This document shows positions 52,024 through 61,738 of a DNA stretch of 64,000 nt, piece after piece. Source of the DNA: Marispirochaeta sp. (GTDB lineage: Bacteria > Spirochaetota > Spirochaetia > JC444 > Marispirochaetaceae); contig CAXXFF010000002.1 of NCBI GenBank assembly GCA_963676835.2, positions 128,001 through 192,000 of the forward strand, in the 5' to 3' direction. The position numbers and the translations under genes were made by a program. Numbering within the stretch: position 1 is the first letter of the stretch; the number at the start of each line of letters is the position of its first letter. Under the pieces are notes generated by a model. The model was not told the origin of the DNA. It searched no databases and saw nothing but the letters and a program-made list of their open reading frames with translations.

Positions 52024-52638
52024 ATGCGGGATAAACCGGACCATTATACTCGACAGGCAAAGAAAGAAGGCTACCCGGCCCGGTCTGTATACAAACTCCA
52101 GGAACTTGATCAGCGATTCGGCCTGATCCCCCGGGAAGGGTCTGTACTCGATATCGGCGCATCCCCGGGCAGCTGGACCCTCTATGCAGGCCGCAAATCT
52201 CAAGGCAGACTGAAGCTGGTTGCAGTTGATTTAAAACCTCTGGATGCCAGGCTCGCGGATAAGACCAGATTGAGCCTGACAGGCGATGTTTTCTCCGAAG
52301 AGATACGGGAACAGCTTATAGAATATGCCCCGTACAGTCTGGTTATGAGCGATGCTGCACCGGCGACAAGCGGAAACCGTACTGTCGACTGCGGCCGGTC
52401 CTTTTCTCTGGTTGAAGGAATTATTGAAATACTTCCGGAACTTCTGGCTCCGGGAGGCAGTTTTACAGCGAAAATCTTTCAGGGCGGCATGGAACGCCGA
52501 CTCCTTGAACGAATGCAGACCATGTTTACCACTGCCCGGATGAACAAGCCCAAAGCCTGCAGACGTGAATCCTTTGAAACTTTTCTGGTCGGCACCGGAT
52601 TTTCAGGGATTTCAGAACAAAAAGGGGATACCTATTAA
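52024..52638 (+). CDS. rlmE: 23S rRNA Um2552 methyltransferase
   Basis: GYPARSVYKL, DIGASPGSW, SDAAP, KIFQG, KPKACR..S.E. Confidence 0.93.
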   Translation: MRDKPDHYTRQAKKEGYPARSVYKLQELDQRFGLIPREGSVLDIGASPGSWTLYAGRKSQGRLKLVAVDLKPLDARLADKTRLSLTGDVFSEEIREQLIEYAPYSLVMSDAAPATSGNRTVDCGRSFSLVEGIIEILPELLAPGGSFTAKIFQGGMERRLLERMQTMFTTARMNKPKACRRESFETFLVGTGFSGISEQKGDTY

Positions 52639-52642
52639 TCCC

Positions 52643-53305
52643 GTGAAGCACATCCGTCCTGTACTCCCTGCACTTATAGCTGCAGCGGTAGTGGTATTCT
52701 CCTCCTGCACAAGCCTGCCACCTTCTGAAATGGTGCCGGTGCCGGAAACAGAAGGTCTGTCTCCGGTACAGAATCTGCTCATGGAAGGAGCTCAGCGTTT
52801 CGCCGGAGCATCATCCCTCAAGGTAAATGGAAGAACATTCCCCATGGACTGCACCGGCACAGTACTGGCAATTTATGCCTATGCAGGCATAGATCTGGCA
52901 GGACCGATGAATAACTTTTCCGGAAACGGCGTAACCCGTCTCAACAGCTACCTGCAGAGCCTTGGACTCCTCTACTCCACCGAGCTGCCGGCTCCCGGAG
53001 ATATTATCTTCTGGGATGACACCTACGACCGCAACAATGACGGGATCTGGAACGATCCTCTCACCCATGCAGGGATTGTGCTCACCACCGACCCCGACGG
53101 AACAATTCATTACATCCACCACAATTACCGCCTGGGGATTGTAGTGGCCCGGATGAACCTGCTTAAACCGGATACGGTCGAATCAGGAGATAAACGGCTG
53201 AACTCCGCCATGCGCATGCGGGATGGGAAAGTTCACCCCCGCTGGCTCTCAAGCCATCTTTACAGAGAGCTGGGACAGGGCTGGAAGATTGCAGCAGAAA
53301 GCTGA
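52643..53305 (+). CDS. NlpC/P60 (CHAP-like) cell-wall hydrolase lipoprotein
   Basis: Lipobox FSSC; DCTG, PGDIIFW, THAGIV, IH; GTG start assumed. Confidence 0.82.
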   Translation: MKHIRPVLPALIAAAVVVFSSCTSLPPSEMVPVPETEGLSPVQNLLMEGAQRFAGASSLKVNGRTFPMDCTGTVLAIYAYAGIDLAGPMNNFSGNGVTRLNSYLQSLGLLYSTELPAPGDIIFWDDTYDRNNDGIWNDPLTHAGIVLTTDPDGTIHYIHHNYRLGIVVARMNLLKPDTVESGDKRLNSAMRMRDGKVHPRWLSSHLYRELGQGWKIAAES

Positions 53306-53339
53306 GATACATCTACCGTAAAGCAACAAGGTAAACAGG

Positions 53340-54455
53340 TTAAACAACAGGATCCAGGAAGTTGAAAGCGTAGGAGGTGCCGTTATCCCGTTCAAGTATG
53401 GTCTCAGCCTCTATCTGTGCTCCAAGAATGGAAATCAGCTGAAGCCCCAGGGTAACAACCCTGGAAGGATCAATATTTTCCGGTAAACCGATACCGTCAT
53501 CTCCCAGAAAAAGAGCAACACTGTCACCATCCCGGGAAAGTGAAATGGTAATAGTACCGGAGGAACGGCCGACAAACGCGAACTTCAGGGAGTTGGTAAG
53601 AATCTCATTGACGATTAATCCGCAGGGGACGGCCTTGTCGATGGTAATAAGCACCTTATCGATATTCATGGTAAAAACGACATTGCATCCATCCCCGTAC
53701 TGATGCTGAAGCTCGTCAGCCATGGTTATAATAAAATCCCCCAGATCAACCTGGCTGAAATTTTCCGAGTTATACAGCTTTTCATGAATCAGCGCCATGG
53801 TCCGTACCCGGTCCCGGGAATCCTTGAACATCTGAAGGGCTTCGGGATTCTCTATATGGGGCAGCTGCATGCTTAGCAGGCTGGTAATAACCTGAAGATT
53901 ATTCTTTACCCTGTGGTGAATCTCTTTTATCAGAACCTCTTTTTCCCGCAGGGCTTCTTCTATTCTGCGGGTATGCTGCTCAATAATCCTCAAATCCCGG
54001 TAGGAGCGCAGAGAAGTTGTAATTGCAGCAAAGAGTTTCTGGTCTGTCAGTTCTGTTTTTTCTTTGTAGTCGTTTATATCAAAATCCCGGATAACCCGCA
54101 TCTGCGGAGCCTGCCCGGGCTGACCGGTTCTCAAGATGATCCGGAGAAACTGATTCCCCAGCTCATTCCGAATGCCCTCCACAACCTTGAGACCGGTATC
54201 CTCCTCCTCCATGACCACATCGAGAAGAAGAACTGCAGTATCAGGATTATTCCGGACCAGTTCCAGTGTTTCCCTGCCATTATAGGCACTCAAAAACTGA
54301 AGAGGCCGCCCTTCAAAGGAGTAGTCACCCAAAGCCAGATGGGTAACCGCATGTACCTCATAATCATCATCGGAAATGATTATTTTCCAGGCCCCTTTCT
54401 TCTGAACTACGTCCTTTGTTGCTTCCTCTGCCTTAAACAACAGATCCAGATCCAC
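53340..54455 (-). CDS. REC + HisKA_2 histidine kinase
   Basis: LLDVVME..RTGQPG receiver; EIHHRVKNNLQ; DDGIG; TLGL. Confidence 0.9.
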   Translation of the reverse strand: MDLDLLFKAEEATKDVVQKKGAWKIIISDDDYEVHAVTHLALGDYSFEGRPLQFLSAYNGRETLELVRNNPDTAVLLLDVVMEEEDTGLKVVEGIRNELGNQFLRIILRTGQPGQAPQMRVIRDFDINDYKEKTELTDQKLFAAITTSLRSYRDLRIIEQHTRRIEEALREKEVLIKEIHHRVKNNLQVITSLLSMQLPHIENPEALQMFKDSRDRVRTMALIHEKLYNSENFSQVDLGDFIITMADELQHQYGDGCNVVFTMNIDKVLITIDKAVPCGLIVNEILTNSLKFAFVGRSSGTITISLSRDGDSVALFLGDDGIGLPENIDPSRVVTLGLQLISILGAQIEAETILERDNGTSYAFNFLDPVV

Positions 54456-54457
54456 AC

Positions 54458-54952
54458 CTACTCCTGATAGTACTTTCGGGCATCTTCTTCCATCAGCTCA
54501 ATTATATCCTGGAAGATCTCCCGGTTGCCGTCGTTCATCTCGATAAGCTTGCGGTGAGCCCGGATCATGCTTTCCGCCATCTCCTTTCCCTGAATATCAA
54601 GGGAAGAAATCTCCTCCAGATTTCGCAGGTCTTCGTGCTCTTTGAGGATCAGACAGACTTTGTCAAACCCGACGGAAGCAAGTATATCATTAACATCATC
54701 ATTCTCGGAAAAAATCGTCAGCCGGCTCTTCTTCCTGCGCATGGCCTCCGCGATACGTGCGATAATGCCCAGATTGGTGCTGTCGATATAGGTAACATCA
54801 TTAAGATCAATCAGAACCTGATTAATATCCTCATCAAGCAGGCTGTCGATAAGATGATCCAGGCCAAAGCTTTCGGTAAATTTCAGGTATCCTTTCATTT
54901 TAAAGAAAACCCTTGAGCCGTCACGCCGGTACAGATATCGTCCCTTACTCAT
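54458..54952 (-). CDS. STAS anti-sigma-factor antagonist (RssC-like)
   Basis: IDL..VTYIDSTNLG, C-terminal AHRKLIEM...N. Confidence 0.87.
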   Translation of the reverse strand: MSKGRYLYRRDGSRVFFKMKGYLKFTESFGLDHLIDSLLDEDINQVLIDLNDVTYIDSTNLGIIARIAEAMRRKKSRLTIFSENDDVNDILASVGFDKVCLILKEHEDLRNLEEISSLDIQGKEMAESMIRAHRKLIEMNDGNREIFQDIIELMEEDARKYYQE

Positions 54953-56201
54953 CCTTATTCCACCTGATTTTCAGAAATGTAATATCATCCGGAAGTTCAT
55001 CAATATTCTCCAGACCAAAATGGTCGATCAGCCCTGCTATGGTACGATCCTCAGCCTGCAGTGATGAGCGTAAAATCTCCTTGCGTTCCTTCATTGAAGA
55101 CTCTGAAATGACCTCCAGGATACCATCAGATACAAGCACCATTGAATCCCCCCTGTTAATTGTAAGGGACTCTGCAGGAAAATCAATGCCGCTGAACATT
55201 CCCAGAGGGGAAGCGGTTGTTCCGCAAAACTCAACTTCACCGGAAGGATGCCGCAGCAGGGGCAGCGGATTATGTCCGCAGTTGACATAATTCAGCCTGC
55301 CTGACCGGGTATCCAGAACACCATAGAAAATTGTCAGATACTTGCCGAGATTATCCCGCAGAAGTTCGGAATTAAGAAGTTCTGCAAACCCAGCCGGGTT
55401 GAGAATCAATTCCTCGCCGGAACTGAAATACTGTTCAACCCGGGCATCAACAAGGTTCTTAAGAATAACGGTAACAAATGCGGAAGAGGTACCATGGCCG
55501 GACACATCGGCAAGATAAAAGCCTATGAGGCCGTCCCTGAGCTCAAAATAGTCGACAAAATCTCCGCTTAAATACATGGAAGGCAACAGGTAACGGCTGA
55601 ACTCCACGTTGCCGAACTGCATAATCCGCCGCGGCAGCAGACGGTACTGCATCCGGGCTCCGGCCTCGTGATCTTCCTTGAGGATATTGATAGTCGAGAG
55701 GAGTTTGCGATTAGCCTCCTCAAGCGCAGCTGTTCTCTGGGCAACGATGGATTCAAGATCCTCATTCACAGATCGGATATAAACCAGGTCTTTATAAGCA
55801 CGTATGGCAGCCACCACGGAAGTAATCAGCTTGCGGGAATCCAGTTCAGTTTTTTCACGGTAATCATTTATGTCATACTCAAGAATTACCGACTCTTCCG
55901 GAGCAAGTCCTGCCTGACCTGTCCGGAGCATAATACGCACGTCAGGATTATTCAGCTCCCTGCGGATACGCTGAACAAGCAGCAGCCCGGCATTTTCAGT
56001 CTCCATAACTACATCCAGGAGAATCAGGGCGATATCATTACGGTCCTTTAATATTGCCGCGGCTTCTTCGCCGGAGTAGGCATTCAGAAAAGCGACTTTT
56101 TTCCCGTTGACTTCAAGATCCTCCAGGACCATCTCGGTAACTACATGAACTTCCCGATCGTCATCGACAACAAGGATATTCCAGATTCCGGAATCGGCCA
56201 T
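54945..56201 (-). CDS. REC + PP2C/SpoIIE phosphatase (Pseudomonas RssB-like)
   Basis: Receiver; PSMYLSGDFVDYF, DVSGHG..SAFVTV, SDGILE, PDDIT. Confidence 0.9.
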   Translation of the reverse strand: MADSGIWNILVVDDDREVHVVTEMVLEDLEVNGKKVAFLNAYSGEEAAAILKDRNDIALILLDVVMETENAGLLLVQRIRRELNNPDVRIMLRTGQAGLAPEESVILEYDINDYREKTELDSRKLITSVVAAIRAYKDLVYIRSVNEDLESIVAQRTAALEEANRKLLSTINILKEDHEAGARMQYRLLPRRIMQFGNVEFSRYLLPSMYLSGDFVDYFELRDGLIGFYLADVSGHGTSSAFVTVILKNLVDARVEQYFSSGEELILNPAGFAELLNSELLRDNLGKYLTIFYGVLDTRSGRLNYVNCGHNPLPLLRHPSGEVEFCGTTASPLGMFSGIDFPAESLTINRGDSMVLVSDGILEVISESSMKERKEILRSSLQAEDRTIAGLIDHFGLENIDELPDDITFLKIRWNKDE

Positions 56202-57772
56202 CAGGGAACCTCCTGTAAAAGGGAACCGGAATTTCCGGCAAGCGACTTTTTTACAATCTTCAGCAGTTTATCCATGGTAAAGGGTTTCTGAAGAAATCCC
56301 GCAGCGCCCTCGTTTCGGGCCTCAGTAAGATGCTCATGTTCCGAATACCCGGAAGAAATTATAACATTCACATCCGGATCAAGCTTTTTCAGCTGGCGAA
56401 AGACATCAAGTCCCGATTCTTCATAGAGATTGAGATCAAGGATGACAAGGCTGACCTCTCCGGTAAACTTCTGATACCGTTCAACAGCCTCCTTTCCTGC
56501 GGCGGTATACAGGACAGTATAGCCCTGACGTTCCAGCATCTGCCCGGTAACCCGCCGCATAAGGTCCTCGTCATCGCAGATGAGTACCGTGCCACCTATG
56601 TCGGGATCCTTCTTCTCTCGTCCCTTTAATGTTGCGGAATCAATACCTGTTCCCACCGGTACCGGAAAAAGGATCCTCACCTCAGTACCCTTTCCAGGGG
56701 TACTTTCAAGCTCAACCGTACCGTTATGCCGGGAGGCAATTGAGTAAACCATGGCGAGATTCATTCCCTGCTTCGAAACATCGGACTTGCCTGAAAAAAC
56801 CGGATCGAAGATCTGGCGCTGGATCTCTCCGGGGATTCCAACGCCGGAATCCGCCACAGAAATTTCCCATACGGGCCGATCAACTTCAGAAGTTCGGTAT
56901 TTTAATCCAAGGCTCATGGTACCACCGGGAAACTCATCCGCACTTCTGAGGCTGGTCATTGAAAGATATGCATTGCTGCAGAGATTCAGCACCATCTGCT
57001 CAAACTCAATGGGATCGCCGGATACCGGAGCCTCTTCCGGCTCCACCGTAACGGATATTTCAACTGAGTCCGAGTAAGACTGTCTGCATATATCACCGGC
57101 ATGCTTCACCAGCGAACAGAGGTCAACAGTAAGTCCGCTCTCAGAATGTCCGGAGGAAAAGGCTTTCAACTGCTTTACCATGGCTTCCGCCTTCACCATG
57201 GATTCCCGGATGGTATTCAGGTAGGCAGTATAGTTCTCATTATGCTTATCCGGGGCATCATCCCGTTCGATGTCTATCATTGAAAGAGCACCGGAAATAC
57301 CGCTGATAATATTGTTGAAATCATGAGCAAAGGAGGTAGCCATTGAACCCGCCGCCTCCAGACGCTGAGTCCTGAGAATCTTTTCTTCCAGCTGTTTTTT
57401 CCGGCTGACATCCTCTCCACTGACAAGATAGACCGGCCCGCCCGCTTTCGGGGACAGACCTGTAGCATACAAAACAAACCGCATCAGAATCCCGTTACGC
57501 AAAGTTATATCCAGGGGAGGGATTGTTCCTGCGGAAGCCGGGAGGTTATTCAGAGCATCTCCCAGAGGAGAAAATTCAGCACCAAGGTCTGAAAATGATC
57601 TGCTTCTTACCGTTGCCGCATCCAGTCCGGTTATCCCGGCGGCGGTGCTGTTCCAGAGTAGTATACTGCCCCCGGAGTCACACAGGGCTATAAAAAAAGG
57701 GAGGGTATTAACAATGGCCGTACAGAACATGCCTTCGTGCCCTGTTTGATGGTATTCCTGAAAATCTGTCAT
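56201..57772 (-). CDS. PAS hybrid histidine kinase (HisKA-HATPase-REC)
   Basis: AHDFNN, NLCSNA, DSGVGI, ILDL, ISSGY, QKPF. Confidence 0.9.
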   Translation of the reverse strand: MTDFQEYHQTGHEGMFCTAIVNTLPFFIALCDSGGSILLWNSTAAGITGLDAATVRSRSFSDLGAEFSPLGDALNNLPASAGTIPPLDITLRNGILMRFVLYATGLSPKAGGPVYLVSGEDVSRKKQLEEKILRTQRLEAAGSMATSFAHDFNNIISGISGALSMIDIERDDAPDKHNENYTAYLNTIRESMVKAEAMVKQLKAFSSGHSESGLTVDLCSLVKHAGDICRQSYSDSVEISVTVEPEEAPVSGDPIEFEQMVLNLCSNAYLSMTSLRSADEFPGGTMSLGLKYRTSEVDRPVWEISVADSGVGIPGEIQRQIFDPVFSGKSDVSKQGMNLAMVYSIASRHNGTVELESTPGKGTEVRILFPVPVGTGIDSATLKGREKKDPDIGGTVLICDDEDLMRRVTGQMLERQGYTVLYTAAGKEAVERYQKFTGEVSLVILDLNLYEESGLDVFRQLKKLDPDVNVIISSGYSEHEHLTEARNEGAAGFLQKPFTMDKLLKIVKKSLAGNSGSLLQEVP

Positions 57773-57793
57773 TATCGGGTACTCGTAGTATCA

Positions 57794-57822
57794 ACCATAG
57801 TACCCCGCAATGGGGATGTCAA
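57794..57822 (-). promoter_or_regulatory. sigma70-type promoter of the four-gene signalling operon
   Basis: TTGACA-N17-TATGGT. Confidence 0.65.
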
Positions 57823-57843
57823 CTTTTAAGGGTGGGGATCTTA

Positions 57844-58872
57844 TCAGGGAGCGTAGGTAAAGCTGTCATCGAGAAGTGTAAAATGGCTGGAAAAGCCGCT
57901 GGAAGGATAGAGAACCTTATCCCCGGTAATAACAAGGGCTTCTATCCCGTCAAGACTGTCAATAAGAGAGATTCCCGCTTCCGGGCCGAGAGAAAAAACC
58001 AGAGTGGACAGACCGTCGGCATCCATGGACAGGGAAGCAAGAATGGTGGCAGAGATTACACCATTATCAACGGGAAATCCTGTTTCCGTATCGAGGATAT
58101 GATGATACCGTTTCCCATCCTGAATAAAAAACCGTTCATACGGTCCCGAGGTAACAACAGCCTTATCGGCCACCGCAAGGACTCCCAGATAACTCCCCCG
58201 CATATCCGTGGGATCCTGAACCCCTATACGCCACAGACTGCCGTCGGGCTTGGTACCGCAGGTAAAAACATTACCCCCCAGGTTTATAAGGCCGGATTCC
58301 ACACCGTTTTCCTTCAGAATCGATGCAACCTCATCTGCCGCATAACCCTTGGCTATTCCACCGAGATCAATGGACATACCGGCTTCTTCAAGACGGACCC
58401 TATCTCCCTCGACATGAACTTTCTCATAGCCCATAAGATTTAGGGCCTTCTGAATCTCATCCAGGGGCGGGACCGTTCCCTCTTCATCCTTACCAATACC
58501 CCAGAGGCTGACCAGGGGGCCGATGGTTATATCAAAGCGGCCGTTTCCCAGGGCACTGTAATAGAGCCCCCGTTCCACGACATCCAGGGTGGACGGAGAA
58601 ACAGAGACACCGGGGCCTCCGGCACCGAGGTTGATAAGATGAACCTCACTCTCTTCTCCCGAGTATTTCATGGTTTTATCTATTTCCCACAAACGGGCAA
58701 AGGCTTTATCCAGCACGGAATCCGGTCTGCTGCTGAAAACACTTACAGAACAGGTTGTGCCGAGCAGATTGATCTCCGTACGACTTCCTTCCCGGGGGGA
58801 GCAGGCAGCAAAGTACGGCAGCACAGACAAAAGAAGTACTGCCGCGGCGATCCTTAAGCCACGCACCTTCAT
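57844..58872 (-). CDS. apbE: FAD:protein FMN transferase lipoprotein
   Basis: Lipobox FAAC; LGT, DLGGIAKGYAAD, TSGPYER, HHILD, ADGLST; start reassigned to ATG 58872. Confidence 0.93.
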   Translation of the reverse strand: MKVRGLRIAAAVLLLSVLPYFAACSPREGSRTEINLLGTTCSVSVFSSRPDSVLDKAFARLWEIDKTMKYSGEESEVHLINLGAGGPGVSVSPSTLDVVERGLYYSALGNGRFDITIGPLVSLWGIGKDEEGTVPPLDEIQKALNLMGYEKVHVEGDRVRLEEAGMSIDLGGIAKGYAADEVASILKENGVESGLINLGGNVFTCGTKPDGSLWRIGVQDPTDMRGSYLGVLAVADKAVVTSGPYERFFIQDGKRYHHILDTETGFPVDNGVISATILASLSMDADGLSTLVFSLGPEAGISLIDSLDGIEALVITGDKVLYPSSGFSSHFTLLDDSFTYAP

Positions 58873-58876
58873 GCTG

Positions 58877-61594
58877 TCAGCTTTTACCTTTTGCTGCTGT
58901 TTTTCCGCTTGAAGCTTTTGAAGCACCGGCTTTGGATTTTGCGGTGCTTTTTTTCCTGGGCTCTTTGCTCTGGATATTCCAGCTGCCACCCTCGTAATAG
59001 GCCTTCCAGCCGGTGGCTTTTCCCTCTTTTTCGGTCATGACATACTGAACCTTTTCCTTCCTGCTGTAGCGGATAACGGCTTTGTTTCCGGCCTCATCCT
59101 CTACAGGGGCGGAAAAGAGGAAACTGTATTTCGGGTCGATTTCCTCTTTATGGGGAAGGATTTCCTCAACCAGAGGTGCCCGGGTTTCCCGGTTCTTGGG
59201 AAACTGACTTGCCGCAAGAAACAGGCCGGAGGCACCGTCTCTAAGCAGATAGTGGTCTTCCACCTTCTCACATTTAAGCTCCGGCATGGGAACAGGATCC
59301 ATCTTGGGCGGAGCAGGTTCTCCGTTACGCAGCAGCTTGCGGGTGTTACCGCATTCGCTGTTGGTACAGGCGAAAAACTTGCCAAACCGGCCGGTTTTCA
59401 GCTGCATTTCACTGCCGCATTTATCACATTCAAGAACAGGTCCGTCATAACCCTTTATCTTGAACTTCCCTTCTTCTATCTCGAACCCGGGGCAGTCGGG
59501 ATTGTTCCCGCAGATATGCAGCTTGCGGCTTTCATCGATAAGATAGGAATCCATGGCAGTAGAGCAGAGTGGACAGCGGTGACGCCGGGAAAGCAGCCGG
59601 GCTTCCTCTTCATCATCGGTATCCGCATGGATAACCTCATCACCATGGATAAGATTGATTGTCTGCTTACACCTTTCTTTGGGCGGCAGGTTATAGCCGG
59701 AACAGCCCAGGAACACACCGGTTCCACCGGTTCTGATCTGCATGGTGCGGCCGCAGGCAGGACAGGGGATATTGGTATCTGTTGGAGAATTGGGGCGCAT
59801 GCCGTCACCTTCGTCGTAGGCATGAGCCAGCTTGTCGCTGAATCCCTCATAGAAGGTATCAAGAACAGATTTCCAGTTTTTATCTCCTGAAGCAATCTCA
59901 TCCAGGGTCTCTTCCATGGCGGCGGTAAAGTTATAATCCAATAGATCGGAAAAATTCTCCACCAGACGGTCGGTAACAATATCGCCGATTTTCTGGGCGT
60001 AAAACCTGCGGTTTTCCAGCTTTACATAACCCCGCTCCTGGATGGTGGAGATGATGGCAGCGTAGGTGGAAGGACGGCCGATTCCCCGCTTCTCCAGCTC
60101 CTTAACCAGGCTGGCCTCGGTGTAGCGGGGAGCAGGCTTGGTAAAGTGCTGAGAGGGATCCAGCTTATTCAGGTTCAGAGTCTCCCCTTCCTTGATATCC
60201 GGAAGCACAACATCCTCGTCACTCTTTCCCTGGGCGGGGAGAACCTTCAGATAGCCCTCGAACTGAATAACCCGGCCTTTGGTGCGCAGCTCAAAATCAC
60301 CTGCGGTGACAGTAAGACTGGAACTGAGATACCTGGCGGGAGTCATCTGACAGGCTACAAAACGCTGCCAGATAAGTTCATAAAGCCGCACCCCGTCGGG
60401 GTCTATACCTTCTAGATGACCTTTGCGTATGTTTACATCAGAAGGCCGGATAGCCTCATGGGCCTCCTGGGCCTGCTCTCCTGAAGCATAAACATTAGGG
60501 GATTCCGGCATAAAATCGCTGCCGTATTTTTCTCCGATAAACTGCCGACAGCTTTCCACCGCTTCCCTGCTGAGGGCGGTTGAGTCGGTACGCATGTAGG
60601 TAATGTATCCTGCCTCATACAGACGCTGTGCCAGCATCATGGTCTTCTTGACGGAAAATCCAAGACGGGTACTTGCCGCCTGCTGCAGGGTGGATGTAAT
60701 AAACGGAGCTTTAGGCTTCGAGGACGTGGGCTTATCCTGACGGGCGGACACCCGGTATTCCGCCTTCTCAAGCAGCGAAAGGGCATTGTCAGTCTCAGTT
60801 TTGCTTTCGGGCCGGAAGTTTTTTCCATCCTGCCGGACAACCTGAAAGCGGACATCCTCTTTCTCATTCTGCCGGTTGAGGTCAGCATACACTTCCCAGT
60901 ACTCTTCAGGGTTGAATTTGCGGATTTCCCGTTCCCGTTCAACCACAAGCCTCACGGCCACAGACTGAACCCGTCCAGCAGAAAGTCCCCGGGCAACCTT
61001 GGCCCAGAGCAGAGGAGAAACCATAAAACCCACAACTCTGTCGAGAAAACGGCGGGTCTGCTGGGCCTCCACCCGGGAGGTATCAACAACACCCGGATCG
61101 GAAAAAGCTTCTTTTATAGCGCTCTTGGTAATCTCGTTAAAAACAACCCGTTTGAAGCGGTCTTCGTCGGTACCGAGGGCCTTCATGAGGTGCCATGCAA
61201 TAGCTTCTCCCTCACGGTCAAGGTCAGTTGCCAGGTAAATGGTTTCGGCTTTCTCCGCCTGGGCCTGCAGATCATGCAGAACCTTCTCTTTGCCCGGAAG
61301 AATCTCATAGCGGGCGGACCAGCCGTTGTCGGGATCAATTCCCATACGGTTGACCATCTGCTCCCTGGCCCGTGCCTTCCGGTGGGCTTCCTTTTCTTCA
61401 GGGGACATTTTCCGGGTTTTAGCAGCAGCCCTGGCCCTCTCTTTGGGATCAACAACCTTTCCGCCGTTTTTTCCGGAAACAGGCAGGTCCCGAATATGAC
61501 CTACCGAAGATTTCACAATGAAATCCTTTCCGAGATATTTGTTTATTGTCTTTGCTTTGGCAGGGGACTCGACGATCACCAGTGATTTAGCCAT
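58877..61594 (-). CDS. topA: DNA topoisomerase I (type IA)
   Basis: IVESPAK, DLDREGE, SAGRVQS, ITYMRTD, three Zn ribbons and C-terminal ribbon-like domains. Confidence 0.98.
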   Translation of the reverse strand: MAKSLVIVESPAKAKTINKYLGKDFIVKSSVGHIRDLPVSGKNGGKVVDPKERARAAAKTRKMSPEEKEAHRKARAREQMVNRMGIDPDNGWSARYEILPGKEKVLHDLQAQAEKAETIYLATDLDREGEAIAWHLMKALGTDEDRFKRVVFNEITKSAIKEAFSDPGVVDTSRVEAQQTRRFLDRVVGFMVSPLLWAKVARGLSAGRVQSVAVRLVVEREREIRKFNPEEYWEVYADLNRQNEKEDVRFQVVRQDGKNFRPESKTETDNALSLLEKAEYRVSARQDKPTSSKPKAPFITSTLQQAASTRLGFSVKKTMMLAQRLYEAGYITYMRTDSTALSREAVESCRQFIGEKYGSDFMPESPNVYASGEQAQEAHEAIRPSDVNIRKGHLEGIDPDGVRLYELIWQRFVACQMTPARYLSSSLTVTAGDFELRTKGRVIQFEGYLKVLPAQGKSDEDVVLPDIKEGETLNLNKLDPSQHFTKPAPRYTEASLVKELEKRGIGRPSTYAAIISTIQERGYVKLENRRFYAQKIGDIVTDRLVENFSDLLDYNFTAAMEETLDEIASGDKNWKSVLDTFYEGFSDKLAHAYDEGDGMRPNSPTDTNIPCPACGRTMQIRTGGTGVFLGCSGYNLPPKERCKQTINLIHGDEVIHADTDDEEEARLLSRRHRCPLCSTAMDSYLIDESRKLHICGNNPDCPGFEIEEGKFKIKGYDGPVLECDKCGSEMQLKTGRFGKFFACTNSECGNTRKLLRNGEPAPPKMDPVPMPELKCEKVEDHYLLRDGASGLFLAASQFPKNRETRAPLVEEILPHKEEIDPKYSFLFSAPVEDEAGNKAVIRYSRKEKVQYVMTEKEGKATGWKAYYEGGSWNIQSKEPRKKSTAKSKAGASKASSGKTAAKGKS

Positions 61595-61738
61595 AAATAC
61601 CCGTTTCCCTTACGTCTCAAATACGTTTCAATTAAAAAAATGGTAACGGTTTCTATGATCGTAAGAATATTCTTACAATGTCAAGGGAAAAATTCAGCAA
61701 AAAGCAGGGATAGCTGGGTAAAAAGGTGCGAGAACCCC

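Noticed and set aside
58873..58989. Extended apbE start overlapping topA
   Set aside because: Signal peptide and lipobox begin at ATG 58872
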